Shown here in pieces: positions 14,333 through 28,400 of a DNA stretch of 64,000 bases (within the stretch, counting starts at the first letter, position 1; every line of letters starts with the position of its first letter). The DNA lies in contig JAAOMT010000597.1 of the NCBI GenBank assembly GCA_016748015.1, positions 916,126-980,125 of the forward strand. Direction: 5' to 3'. This DNA comes from Geosiphon pyriformis uo1. Lineage: Eukaryota; Fungi; Glomeromycota. The notes beneath the pieces are model-generated. The model was not told the origin of the DNA. It ran no database searches and worked only from the letters and a program-made list of their open reading frames with translations. A program made the position numbers and the translations under genes.

Positions 14333-15885
14333 CAAGATAATTTCATTTGTTCTTTCTCAAAAAGCTTTCATTTTTTTTTGTGTCTGCCCAACTTGTTATT
14401 CCAAAATCTATCAAATAGATGTCTCTACTGTCATTAACTAAAATATTTTTTTCTCAAATGTCATTTTGGAGAATGTCATGTTTGTAAATAGCTTCTAATG
14501 CCTTAAAAGCTCTTGAACTTTGCTGTTTCATTATTTTATGCTTATTTAATAGAGTACCAACAATGGTCAATCTAATAATGAAACCTATTCTTCTTCCATA
14601 ATATTCATAACAAACCAATTTTGAAAAATACTGTCTCTGGATATTAGCAAGACTTTTATAGATCTCTACTTTTTTTTGCATTTCTTCCAGAACATATGAT
14701 AATGCTTTTGCCAAGTTGACAGTCTTTAAAGTAATTGTTTTACTGTAAAATTTGCATAAGAGCATTTTATCACTTCAGCCTTGACCTAGTATATTTATAA
14801 ACTTAAAATTTGTAAAAGCAAAATTATGTAGCTTGTTGGAAGCATTGGGTAATTGTTGATATATAGATATGTTGGTAGTTGATTGTTGATTTGCTAATTG
14901 GATAGAAAATAGATTAAAAAATTCAGGATTATCCTTTGTTTGTCGAGCCAAATAAGTGTATATCTTAAGCACTGGCGGAGATTTTGATTGTAGTGGAAGA
15001 GTTTCTGAGATTTAAAGTATTGTGTGCTCTCAGTATAGAAACTAGTAATTATTATAAATAGTTGCAATACCATATTTACACTCATTTGCTTCCATATAAT
15101 TGTAGATTTGTTGAATCACTATTTTTGCCTTGTCATTATTCTGATAAAACTCAGGAAATGTCTTTCCACCAATATCTTCTAACACACACTTTTTTTAGTT
15201 TTGATTACTAAGATTAATAATTCTCCAAGATGACAATTAAAGTCTGATATACCAGGAGCATGGGTTTGAAGCCTTGAAAAATTATAACCTTCTGATAACA
15301 TAAGTCTATTTAACACTATACAAATGTTAGAATTCAAGGCATCATGAATATTTTCTTTATTAGTCATTACTCTATCTTTACTAAATTGTGGTCTCTCAAA
15401 TCTCAGTTGTTGATCAAAGTGGAATTGGTTCACTTCTTCAAGAAAGTTATCCCAAAACAGTACACTTGTTAGTGGGTTACTATTGACTTTTATAATGGTT
15501 TTCAATATAACATCTGTTGAAAAATATCTTACGAGTGATGATATAAATAACAGTGCATCTTTCAAGCTAATTTTAACTAGAAAAGTAACTTCAGTTAGTG
15601 ATAAATCTACAGTATAGAAAACCACATTACTATGTTTATTCTATTCTATGTACACATTACTCTATTTCTCCAAAAAAAGTATTTTTCTATCTACTAATGC
15701 TTTTCATTTTCATTCTTGTACTTTTTTTGTCTCAAATTTTTCTTCAATTCACATAACTTATCTTCCTACTCACCTTCTATTAACTTTTTTAGCTTCTTAT
15801 CTTTCTTTTTCAGCTCCTCTATGCATCTCTCATACTGGATTTTTATGTATTCTAATTCACGTTTAATATCTTTAATGCTTGTTAT
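14333..15885 (-). pseudogene. Coiled-coil + PD-(D/E)xK-like + protein kinase gene (Crinkler-like kinase family), decayed; 3' end cut by the Sola-like element
   Basis: Kinase motifs ILGQG*S, KHDILQNDI*EKNIL (HxDxxxxN), YLIDFG. Upstream ISDF...LVIKTK and QQIYNYM nuclease-like segment. Probable intron ~15610-15660. Start ATG mutated to ATA at 15885. Confidence 0.8.
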
Positions 15886-17433
15886 GCTGTTTGGTGTGTT
15901 TTTTATGATTTGGGAAGATATGGCTTAATATATGTTTGGTTCTTGTTAATAACATTTCAGATCTTTGATTTATCAATATAAATTTACTATTTAGATACAA
16001 ATTCATCTTTGTTAAATTATTACAATAATCAGAGTTTTTATCTCCTGTCATATGCTTATATTATATAATTGGTTTTTTAATAGTTATTGTATTTTGCAAT
16101 ATTCATTAATTGATAATTTGCCAGTTAAGAATATAAAATAATCTAAATTAAATAGAAAAATGTGATATCTATTTAATTAGTAAAAAATTTTCAAGTATAA
16201 ATGCCAATTTTGGTTCTTACAACTACTATTAAACATGTAAAACTTACTTTTAAAAACTATTCTTTTGCTTACAAAGAGTATAATATTACCAAATTTATAT
16301 TATAAAGTACCAAAAATCTCAACAATTCAAGAATAGATATTACAATATAACAAATTGTTTTTGGCACAGGCAACAAGAACAGCATTGCAGTTCAATTTAA
16401 ATAAAAACTCTTCAATAGTAATTGAAATCAAAAATGAGCAATATAAAAGTAAGTCAAAGTAATAAGTTGAGTTTTTTACATGTTTTTGGACTTGAAAAAA
16501 TTAATTTTACAATAAAAACCAATAAATTTATCTTCAAAATAATAAGCTTAATTTTTATATTTGGAATCACAAATGTTATTTTATGTCAAATAAAGCTTTT
16601 GTTAAAAAAGTAACAACATTTTGAATTTTATAAAAATAATTACCTAAGATTCCAGATTATTAAATAATGTAATTTTCATATATATATGACTAGTTATGTG
16701 ACCAAGTTATTTTTAAATATAACAAAACTGTTTTGGTTTTGTGTATTATTAATCTGCATTATACAATATTAATAGATTGATTATTATTTTCAAGTAAATT
16801 ATTAATTAAATTATTTTTGTTTTAAATTAATATTATTATTGTTTTATTTATTTTAATATTAAATTAAATTCATTTTATTATTTTAAAATAAAAATAATTG
16901 TAAGTTTTAAAATTGGAAAAAATTAAACCAGTATTAAATATATTTTTATTATTATTTTGTATATATATATGTAATTTTATATTAATTTAAACTTATTAAA
17001 TAAAAGTTTATATATTTTAATTTGTAAATAAAACAAATTTAATAATGTTATTTTTAAGTATTAATAAAATATAATTTAATTAAACTTAAAACATACAACA
17101 AAAATATTATTAACATATTTTTTATATATAACTAGTAATTTAAACTTATATTAAGTTATATAAATTAAAAAACTATTTGTTTTTATTTTATTTTAAATAT
17201 TTATTTATTTTTTTATTTTAAACATATTTATATATTTAAGTTTTAAATTCTTTCAAAAAATTAAACAATTATAATTTTGAGATTAATTATGTATATTAAT
17301 TTTTTTTTTAATTCATTTTATAAGTACAGTCTAATTATTATTTAGTATACAAAAACAAAGCAAGTAAATCAAATTAAACATGGCTTATGCTTTTTCTATA
17401 TATAACCAGCCATTTAGACCAATCAAGACAATA

Positions 17434-20400
17434 CTATACATTTACAAAAACATTTAAACTATTGTTTAAACCAAAAAAAACAGATACAGTCTGTACAAAC
17501 CAAAACTAATAGCAAAAAACTTAATAATATCAAGCAAATAAACCATTTTTTTAGACAAAAAGTTGAACAAATTATGTAACGAATCAAATACTATACTTGT
17601 ATTACAGACTAGACTACTCTTTTCTATATTTGCTCTAAATTTAGATCTTAATAACCACAATCTATTGTAATGTTTATTAGCCAAATAATAAATAAAATCA
17701 ACTACTGTTAACACCACTCTCTTTTTATCTTCAAACTTAGATATTGTCTTATTAATTCATTCCTTAAAAACAAAGTCCTTGCACAAAACTATCTATATAC
17801 TAATATTTAAAGCATCTGAAAAAAGAGTGTACAAAACTGAGAATAATAATAAAAAACAATCTTTTACCAAAAACCTTCACAGTTCAGCATAATAAAAAAG
17901 AATATTAAAGTACATAAAAGCATCCTTAGAGCAAGTAAAAGCATGATTAGACAATTCAATATTACTACATATCAAGTACAAAACATTTGAATAATTTTGT
18001 CATATAGTTTTTTATAAATAGTAATTGACAACTTTTTGTGGATGGCTTTTATTAAATACATACACAAAGTAGCCAACTTTTTACTGGTAAAACTGGCTAA
18101 TATGTAAAAGTCTGGAGGCAGTACAATTTCAATTTATATTTCAAATAAACAAACTGTCTAAAACATCTATATTAGAACCTGCTTCTCATAAAGCTTGATA
18201 AACAGTCTAATAAATATCTCAAACAAAATAGTAAGCATTATCTAAAACCATATAATTATCTGTCACAAGAATTCTATTACAAATTACAATAAAAAGACCA
18301 AATATAACCATGTTGCAACACAAACAAAAACATCTGTCTGATTATTATCAAAGTTCTCTGAATGGTTTTTTACTTTTATTCATCTTACAAAAATGTCCTT
18401 TGATCTTATTAAATTAATAATATGATGTCTTTTCACCCAATATTTGTTTTGGAAGTTAGACCAGCAAGGCTTGTTTTCTAATAAACATGTATTTAAAGTT
18501 ACTTGGCTATTTATATGCAAAACTACTATACAAGATAATAGAACACATTCTAAAGCCAAAACAATTGCTTATAATTTTAACAACATTAAAAACAACAATT
18601 CATGCACTTTAATATTCACATCTATATTAATATTAGAAAAGTAAGCCATAATCTCATTAGCCACTTTCATTATATTCAGATCTATCAAAAAGCCATTAGT
18701 ATAAACATTAATTATTCCAGTCTATATTTTATATAAGTGTTTACAAATATTTAAGAACTTATTTAAGTAAAAAAATTAGAACAACTCAAATTAGCAACAT
18801 TTTTAATAGACTTTATAGAGAATTGTTTATATATACCAAAGCTTTTTTAAACCATAACAGTATTAAACCTCTTGAACTTAATTTCTTCCAATATTGAAAT
18901 GTCTTTTAATCCATAATTAAACCATACTAGTTTAACAAACTCTTTTTAAAAGCAATACCAAAACATTTTAAAGAATGCACTAAATTAAAATAATATTTAT
19001 CTTCTAATATTCTAGATATTAAAAAGTGTCTATACCCACAAAATGCACTAGGCAGATTATTGGCTAACAAGATCTTAATGTTCAAAAAAATTTTATAACA
19101 TCTGCCAGAAAATTATTCCTTGGCTTGATTTTTAATTTGACTAGATATTGTAAAAAATTCAGAAGTGCTTACTTTAAAACTTGTAAATTCAAAGCATAGT
19201 GTTCAAACAGTCAGCTAAAAATTCCAGCAACATTAGAAAAACCAATTACCAAAACTATCTTGGCTTTAACTTAGATCTGTTCAAAAAACTTTAAATTATA
19301 CAGAAATAAGTAATGTAAAATCATATTGGAAAAATTTTTCAGCAAATTGGCCTTAAATTTGAGTTTTTTTCTTATTATAATATTTTATTTATGACACATA
19401 CTTTTGAATATAAAGCTGAACTAAATCTTATAACTTATTATAGATTGCAAAACTGCCAAAAACAAATAAAAAAACTGCTTATCTGATAATGCTTTTCTAA
19501 GAACTATATTTAAAAAGAACCTAATATCTGATTGTATCTTTGTTAGACTTAGCTTAAACAAACCCTTTGTTAACAAAAAAATACCCAAATATTTATGAGA
19601 TTTATTATACTTGACTACAGAAATTAGGTGGTCACTAATATATAAAAAAGTTTTCATTATCTTTTGGTTAATAAGAATGACTACTGTTTTGTTATTATTG
19701 ATAAAAATATTATTTAACCTAAAAAACTTACTCATAATGTTCAAAATATACTGTGTTAAAGTTTAATCATTTTTTATTTATATTGTGTCATTCACAAAAA
19801 TACCAGCAGCAAAAAACAAAGATCTGCCTCTAATAACCTTTACTCTGCCTGTTTTTGTTACAAAATTAAAATTAATTTTATATTTACACAAATATTTATG
19901 TCTCTTAATCTTATACAACAAAAAATCATAAAAACTTTTCAAAGAAGCAGTAAGAAAATCTTACTCAAATCAAGCTCATTATAAACTCTGTAGCTATTTG
20001 AAAAACCAAAATTAGTTATTATCTTATTGATTTTGTTCTCATAAATATTTCCAAAAACTTAATAAATCTATCATATATCTTAATACATTTTAAATTCGAC
20101 TTTAAATAATGTCACCTAACTGAATTATAAGCTTTATACATATCTTGTAAAACCAACCAAATTTTTTGGCCCTTTTTTAGAATATCTTTGATTATTAAAC
20201 CAATAGCAAACACAGAAAATTGGATCAAAATACCTTTCAAGACAGAAAAATTATTATTATAAAAAACATTAAACTTGTAACAAACAGATAAAATATGATC
20301 TGATAGAATTTTGGATAAAATTTTTCTTGTAGTTTCAATTAAAGCAATAGATCAGATGTTAATTAAAATGCCATTTTATTTGTAAAACTTAAGAATTATC

Positions 20401-21464
20401 AAAACTCATACTCTCTTTTAAAGATCCAAAATATTACCAAGCCTTAAATAAAAATTAAATAGATCTAAAAAGCATCTTATTGTTTTATTATTACAGTATT
20501 TCTACAACTTATTTAATATGTTAAAAAAACCAACAGTTTTGCCATTAGATAACTTACTTATTACTGAGATCAATTTTTCCAAGCCAATATCATTTATTAT
20601 GCCAGAAAAAGCATTATTCTTTATATACACTAAAAGTACATATTGATAAGTCTACCAATCAGACAGAATTATAAAAATCTTACACTTTTTTGCCTAATTT
20701 ACCATAATACTATTAACTTTAGACTTTATTTCTTCTGGTTCCAAAACTATTTTCTCCCTAATTATCAAATAATCTAAAACAACTTTGCAAAAAAGTCATT
20801 TCAAGACACATTTTATTATGCATTTTTTGTTTGAATTGAAATTTTCTATTTACTTTTCAATTGCATTCCTAATAGATATGTTTTTAGTTATTTTTGATTT
20901 ATAATACTTTAATTTTTGATATTTTTTCTTGACTTTTAATAAATATTTAATCATTTTTATAGGTTTTATATTATTACAGAACAAGATAACAATCTTAGAA
21001 GCCTTAACATTATTGATAATAGACCAAATTTTAACCAGTTATTCAAAACCAGACACCCTTATCAAACTCAAATTTTTACTATCTTAGCAACCAATATTTT
21101 TAGTTTGTAAAATTTCGAAAATTGCTTACTTCTTAAACAGTTTAGTTTATAAAACCAATGTTTAAAAAAATTTTATTAGTTGAGCCAAATACTACCCTTC
21201 TTAACACATCTCACATCTTACACAAATTTTTTTTTTGCATTTACAAAACTATTCATTATTATTAACAACTTAACAGAAAAACATTATTTAAAATACATCT
21301 ACTTGGCTTTATTTGTATTTTTAATCTGAAACTTTCATTGATTTTTATTAGTTTATTTGTAAATACTATTCAAATAAACATTTAATAGGTTTTCCAATTT
21401 AATTAAAATCAAAACCACTCTATAATCAATATCAAAAAATTCAGATACAGATCCAATTTTGTAC
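17434..21464 (-). pseudogene. LINE ORF2, 3' part (end of endonuclease, RT, RNase H, C-terminal Zn motif)
   Basis: SEFFDIDY (APE SDH-like), LQDMYKAYNSV, AAGIFVNDTI (FVDD), VYTNGF and YINSQVT (RNase H). Homologous to 54088-56480. Confidence 0.9.
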
Positions 21465-22352
21465 TGTTATTCATAAAAATTAGAAATATTATAGTTAGAA
21501 AAATAGCCAATCAGAAATAGTCATAATAACAGAGGAATTCCAAGATTTCTCTAAAAAAATTGCAGAATTTCAGAATGCCAGAATTCTTCACTTAAAATTG
21601 CAGAATTCTAAGATTTCTTTGAAAAAACACAGAATTCCAGAAATCTCATATAATATTAACTATATATATATAGCAGTAGTATTAAAAGCAAAAAAAGTAT
21701 TTGGTTTAAATTTTATTTTAACATCTTTTTTTTATTTATTAATTAACATTTACTTCACAGATAGTTACTATTAACTGAAGTAAATTTATTAGAATATTCA
21801 ATAAAACATACTTATTATTATCCAATTCATGTTATTATTGCTTGATTAAGAATTTCTATCATTGATCTGTTATCAACATTCTATGTTAATAATATCTAAT
21901 ACTTAATTATACTGAAACAATAACTCTTGATTATAACTATTGACAGAATACTAATTTCTTATTTTTTTTATTTTTTTTTATTTTTTTTTATTTTTTTGTT
22001 GTTTGTTAACTTACTAACTGATTAAAAAAATTAAGCACTGATTAATTAATGTTAAAAATAGTCTGTTAAAAGACTCAGAAATAAGAGTATAGAGTTTAGA
22101 AATTTAAGATAACTTACCAAAAAGACATAACTGCTAAAATAAACCAGTCACTATGCTGAAAAAACAAATTTGATAGAATAATCATTTTGAGAAATTACTG
22201 AAACAACTATTGAATTTCTATTTATTATACAAAAAACTTCACCAAAATCTTTAGATACAAAAATCTTCAAATTTACCAAGATTATCAAGCTATTGAATAC
22301 CAAGTTATGAGTTTGTTATTTGTTTTCATATCCCAAATAATTACCTGTAACA
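21465..22352 (+). repeat. 5' LTR
   Basis: TGTTAT...TGTAACA; CCAAT box, 9-bp GAATTCCAG-type tandem units, (TA)n TATA-like box at ~21661. Confidence 0.95.
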
Positions 22353-22354
22353 TT

Positions 22355-22371
22355 TGGTGCTCTTTATAAGA
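22355..22371 (+). promoter_or_regulatory. Primer-binding site
   Basis: TGGTGCTCTTTATAAGA begins 2 nt after the 5' LTR; TGG is complementary to the tRNA CCA end. Confidence 0.75.
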
Positions 22372-22416
22372 TATAATTTAACAGAAAATTAACACCAGCA
22401 ACAACTATCTGAAACA

Positions 22417-25400
22417 ATGACAAAATCAGAAGTAATAAGAACAAATCACTTAAAATTCACAAAATCCTTATTTCAATAATACCATCACAGTTAGAATTAA
22501 TCAGCAATCATTGGCCAGCTGAATTACTCTTCAATTGTTACATCAATAATAGAATCACATACTTTGTAGAAAAACCAACCAATATTGAATTAGCAAGAGA
22601 AAATTTCTATGCCAAATTAATTTAATACACTAATTTACTATTAAATCACAATTTTGCTTCCATTATTACTGAAATCGACCAAAAAATTGAAAGTTACATC
22701 CAACAAAGATTTCTTATCATCTATATAGACAAAGACAAACAAAAACTACAAATTCTGACAGGAATACCAAGAAGAATACAACCATCTATATGGAAAAAAC
22801 CAAAAGTTATTTCACTTATTCACCTATTTTATCACTACATACTGAGAAGTATTATCAATATACTATTAAGAAGTGTATCATTATTAACAAAAACACTATC
22901 AGTAAGAATAATATTTCAAAGCAAACATGAAAAAACCAATATATTAAAAACTTATAGCAATTTCTTTGAAGAATTTAAATTGTAATCTCTAATACTATCA
23001 GGATTTCAATTACCATTACTTCAACCTGATTTTGGAATCATTAGTTTTTGGGAAAAAACTGACTCAGAAAAAAAGAAAAACAAAGATCAAAAATTTAATT
23101 ACCAAAATCTGAAAATTTAAACTCCAATTATTTTAATCCAGCAAAATCTGAATAATTTAAATTCAGCTTCTATTGTTCTTTAAAACTTATCTTCAGTAAT
23201 CATAATTGAGCTATCATTAATTGTACTAATTACTATTCAACCACAATAATAATTATTACCAATAACATATATTTCTATTGTCAAATTAAAAAAGTTTATC
23301 AGCAAAAAAAATAACACTCAGTCTGGCTCAATAATATTGCTAAGCCAATTATTACCAATAATTATAATGATGTTAGAGCTCTCTAAGTTATCTTATATTT
23401 TTTGCAAGATACTGTTAATTTATGGTATTAGAGTTTAATTAATAAATTCATCACTTTTAATATGTTTAAAACCAAATTTTTAAGATACTTTAGCAATAAT
23501 AACAGCATTAATTGCTTGATAACAGCATTTACCACTATCAAACAAGACAACACAGAAGCAGTCACTACTTATTTAGGATATTTCTATAAAAATTTATGCC
23601 AAATTCAAATTATTAATGCTAATTATTTTACAATACTACAAATCTTGAATCAGTTTATTTGTGGTCTGTGCAGTAGTCTTTTATAATATATATATCTATT
23701 ATATTTATAAACTTTTTAAGATGCAGTCATACATGTCTGAAATTTCGAATTGGTTAAACTGAAATCCAACTACACTCAAGCTATTAATATAGTAAAAAAT
23801 AAATTATCTAACTTAAACTCTAAGTTAAAGCAATTTAATAATTCCATTAATCAAAAATTAGAGAGATTATTAGCTAACAATTAAACAATTTATTAATTTT
23901 CACAATATTACAATAATCCAGAAAACTTAAATCATCTCTAAAATTAACTGCATTTATTATTATCAACCAATTAACAGTGATAACAAAAAACAAATAATTG
24001 TTACTATTGTAGTAAACAAAAACATTTGCAAATTGACTGTTATATCTAGTTAAATAATTAATAATTGGGAAATCAATATCAAAACTCCAATTGCCAATTT
24101 CAAACTCTAAATTATCAACCAAATCAAGACCCATATTAATTTTATTATACCTTAATAACACAATAAGCAATATATTTACTGTTAATTTATTAGCTTTCAA
24201 TATTAGTAATATATTAACCACAGCTACAGGTCATTTATTAACTTCAACAAATTCAAATCCAGCCCCAAAATTTTACTTAAAGCAAAAACCAAAGACCAAA
24301 AACTACCCAAATCTGTCAGAACTAGAAATTGGTAATAGTAATACACTAACCAATCTCCAGTTCAACAGCTTAACAATCTGAATTATAACAGCAAAATTCA
24401 AGAACTAAATATGCTTAAAACTTAAATGCTTAATAGTATTTAAGTTTTTTAGTATCCCCAAAAATTACCACATCTAATTTATTAGAACTCAATTAAACTC
24501 AATTACTTATTAACAATATTCTATTAGCAATTATTACTGAAGATAAATTACTTACTGCCATTTTTCTTTTTGAATTTGAGAAACTAATTGAAACATTTCT
24601 ATTCAGTAGAACTGTCCTTAAAGTAAAACTAATTACTGTGATATATACCAATATAAAAGCCAATGGCTATTTTATTAAACTAATTCTTAAAAATAGATTA
24701 GCAAACAGTATTATTATACAATAACTTATGAACCAATTAGATTGCCAAGTTAATTGAGCTGCTAGCATTAGAATTATTCTAGCATATAGAACAACAAAAA
24801 TTCTAATTGGTAAATTTGATAACTTCCTATTTAAAATCAACAGCATTATTGTGTTAATCAAAGTTTTTATTATGGAAGCCATATAGTATCAAACACTAGT
24901 TGGTAATAACTGGCTGTTCAATACTAGTACTATGCTTGACTGAATCATTCAAGAGCTATAGTTCTGTCAAAATAGACAATACATATAAGTATTAGCTATA
25001 TGTAGTTATTTTAAACCACAAACTACTCAACCATAATTACTAATTAAATTTAAAAAAGAAAAAAAAAACCTATCTGAAAAATATATCAAGTTTCTTGGGC
25101 CAATAACAATTATAACAACTTACCACTAATATTTACATGAAAAAAAAAGGAAAAAAAAAAAAAGAAACATTCTAAGCAATCACTTCTACATATATTTCAT
25201 ATACTACTATTAATCAAAGACAATCAACTTATTGCCAACTCAAATTAATTTGCATCAATTGTGACAAAAAATTGTTAACAATAGGTGTATATTGTGATAA
25301 CAATAAAAAATAGCCAATAGCAACCAAATACTACTGTTGCTTATGCATTCTTAAATGCTTTAAACGACCAAAATAACCAAAAAAATAGAACAACAAATCA

Positions 25401-28400
25401 TGTTTTGCATGTGGAAAAACTTTTTTAGATAAAAAAATGTGGAACAATATTCTTGAATGAGAAAAAACATATAACAAAACATGTCAATACACAATTCTAA
25501 TCAATAATTAGATACAAAAAAAAACTCCAATTAATGACATCTAAAAACAAGTATTGAAATGTTTAAAAGACTATTTACATGATAAACACAAGATCTGGAA
25601 GATGACAAATGCCAAAATTGAAGATATTACACTTAGTAAATTACTAAAAATTAAAAACAACTCACTATTTTTTTTTGAATTTAAATATGTTTTAATCTTT
25701 AACATCTTTAATGATGTTGAAAATGATTTAAAACAATTTTACAAATATTATCAAAACTTAACATTGACTAAAAAAAAGCAAGAACAATGGTTAAAAAAGT
25801 TAAACATTTGACTATGTGACTATTATTTAATATTATATAACTTCAAGTATTGTAATAAATATGATCTCATTTATAATTTACTACCACAAATAATCTATTT
25901 AATTCTTAAAGAGAAAAAACCAATTAATAAGTATACAGTGAAATCAGAATTGAAATTTAATTCTAATTCAAACTCCAATAATAATGACAACAATAATATT
26001 AATTTTATTCACTATAGCAATAATAATAACAATTTAAACTCTAATTTAAAAACTAAGCAATATATTGTATTTTTATATCTATCTATGGAGCAGAAACTAA
26101 AATAGTTTAAAAATAATAATAAAGGTATCATGCCAGAATGTGTGTATAATACTAATACAAGATTTGATTTAAGATATCCAGAAAAATATGCTATGATATT
26201 AGAGCCTAATACATGTACTTATATTAATTTGAAAATAATATTAAAAATCTTGACAACAACAATGGTTTAATTAGCATCCAGATCTAGTTTAGCAAAAAAA
26301 AAATCAGTATTAAAAGAGAAATAATTGATGCAAAATATGTAAAAAATATTATTGTAATACTATAAAATAAATGAAAAAAACCATATATAATTAAACCAAA
26401 TAAAAAAATAGCATAGGCAATATTCCTACCTCTGATGAAAATAGTCCAATTAGTTTCAGTGGGAAAAAAAAATTTAAGAATTACAATGAAAGAGATTAAT
26501 AAATTCAGATTTATGAGTAAAATAGACATACTAATTAATATAGTGGAGAAAAAAACCATTGATAAGAGAAAAATTATTTCTATCAATTAACCAGTTTTTA
26601 TTCTACTATATAATTAGTATATGTTAATAATAATAAAAAAAGTAAGAGACCAGCCCCAAATTTTTGAAGTGGAACCAACTATTTATAAATCAGAAAAGAT
26701 TGAAATCATCAATCTCTATATACCAGCCAAAAACTATAAACACATCAAAATTTCCATCTATAATACAACTGGAGACACTATTAAAATACCAAATGGAATT
26801 ACTATTGGATACTTGAACACTAAAGTTGAAAACTAATCACCAAATACCATTCCAGATTTTTTACAATTGTACAAATATGTGGATATTACATTACAAATAT
26901 TATATAGACAAAAAAATGTTATTTGCTCTAATTAGAACAATTAAAACAAATGAATTTGGAAAACTTAGACTCACTTTAACATATGCAACTCAAGATGCTT
27001 TTTAACAATTTTACTGACATATTTGCCAGTAAAAACAAATTTGGAAGAACTAATATTATCTAATACCAAATTAAAACTGAAGATACAATGCCAATAAAAC
27101 AATGAGTATACTGAATATCATTAGCAAGCCATAAAATTATCTAACAAAAAATCAATAAAATGTTGAACAACAGATTAATTCAACTATCCATAAGTCCATA
27201 ATTATCACCAGTAGTACTAGTTCAAAAAAAAATGGAAAAATCTGTTTTTGTGTAAATTACAGAAAGCTCAACAATATTATTTATAAAAACAGCTATCTAA
27301 TTCCACAGATTCAAGAATTGTTTGATGTATTTGGAAAAAAAAATAGTTTTAAATATTAGATCTAGACAGTAATTATTAACAAGTAGCCATAAATTTAACT
27401 AATAAAGAGAAAACAGTATTTACAACCAGAAAAAAAAACTTTGAATTTGATATCATGCTATTTGGCTTAATGAATGCTCCAGCTACCATTCAATAATTTA
27501 TAAAAATTGTCTATACAGCATTGTTATGGAAGTCAGTAGTAGTCTACTTAAATAATACCAATGTGTTTTCTAAAATATTTGATAATTATCTTCATTATCT
27601 TTAACAGGTGTTTAAAAGATTAAAAAAAGCCAGATTAAAACTAAATATTACAAAGTGTTTTTTTAACAAAACAGAACTGAAATTCTTGAAACATATTGTG
27701 AGCAAAGATAGCATCAAAACAGATTCAAATAAAATTAAGATAGTTAAAAACTTTTTAGTACCAATAAATCTTACAAAATTAAGAGCATTCTTGAGATTTA
27801 CTAAATACTATTGCTATTTTATCCAAAACTTCTTCAAACTGGCTCAACTATTTCACCAATTTTAAGCAAAGAATGTGAAATATGAATAAACTAAAACCCA
27901 ACAAAAAGCTTTTAACATCTTGAAAAAAAAGCTTATTCAAACATTAGTACTGATCTATTCAGATCACAACAAATCATTTATCATTATCACAGATGTATCA
28001 AGTCAAGTCTTAAAAGCAGTATTGTTACAAAGAAGACCAGATAGAAGAAAACACCCAGTAGCATATGCCAATAGAAGCTTAAGTCCAGCTGAAAAAAACT
28101 ATGGAAGTTCAGCATTAGAATATTTAGCTATCTATTGGGTTGTTATGAAATGGAAGAAATATTTGAGTCAAAAGTTTGATATATATACTGATTACAAAGA
28201 ATTGACATCAATCCAGAAGCAAAAATTTGCAAATGACTGTCATGTAAGATAAAAAATAGAACTATTATTATTTAATTATATAGTATATTATAAAAAGAAA
28301 AAAAAATGGAAATACTAACAATTTGTTATGAATAAAACAAATCTAAGAACATTTCAACCCAAAAATATAATAAAAAATAAAAACACAAAAATATTAACAA

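Noticed and set aside
16112-17290. Possible membrane-protein gene fragment and AT desert
   Set aside because: No convincing motif; too eroded to call.
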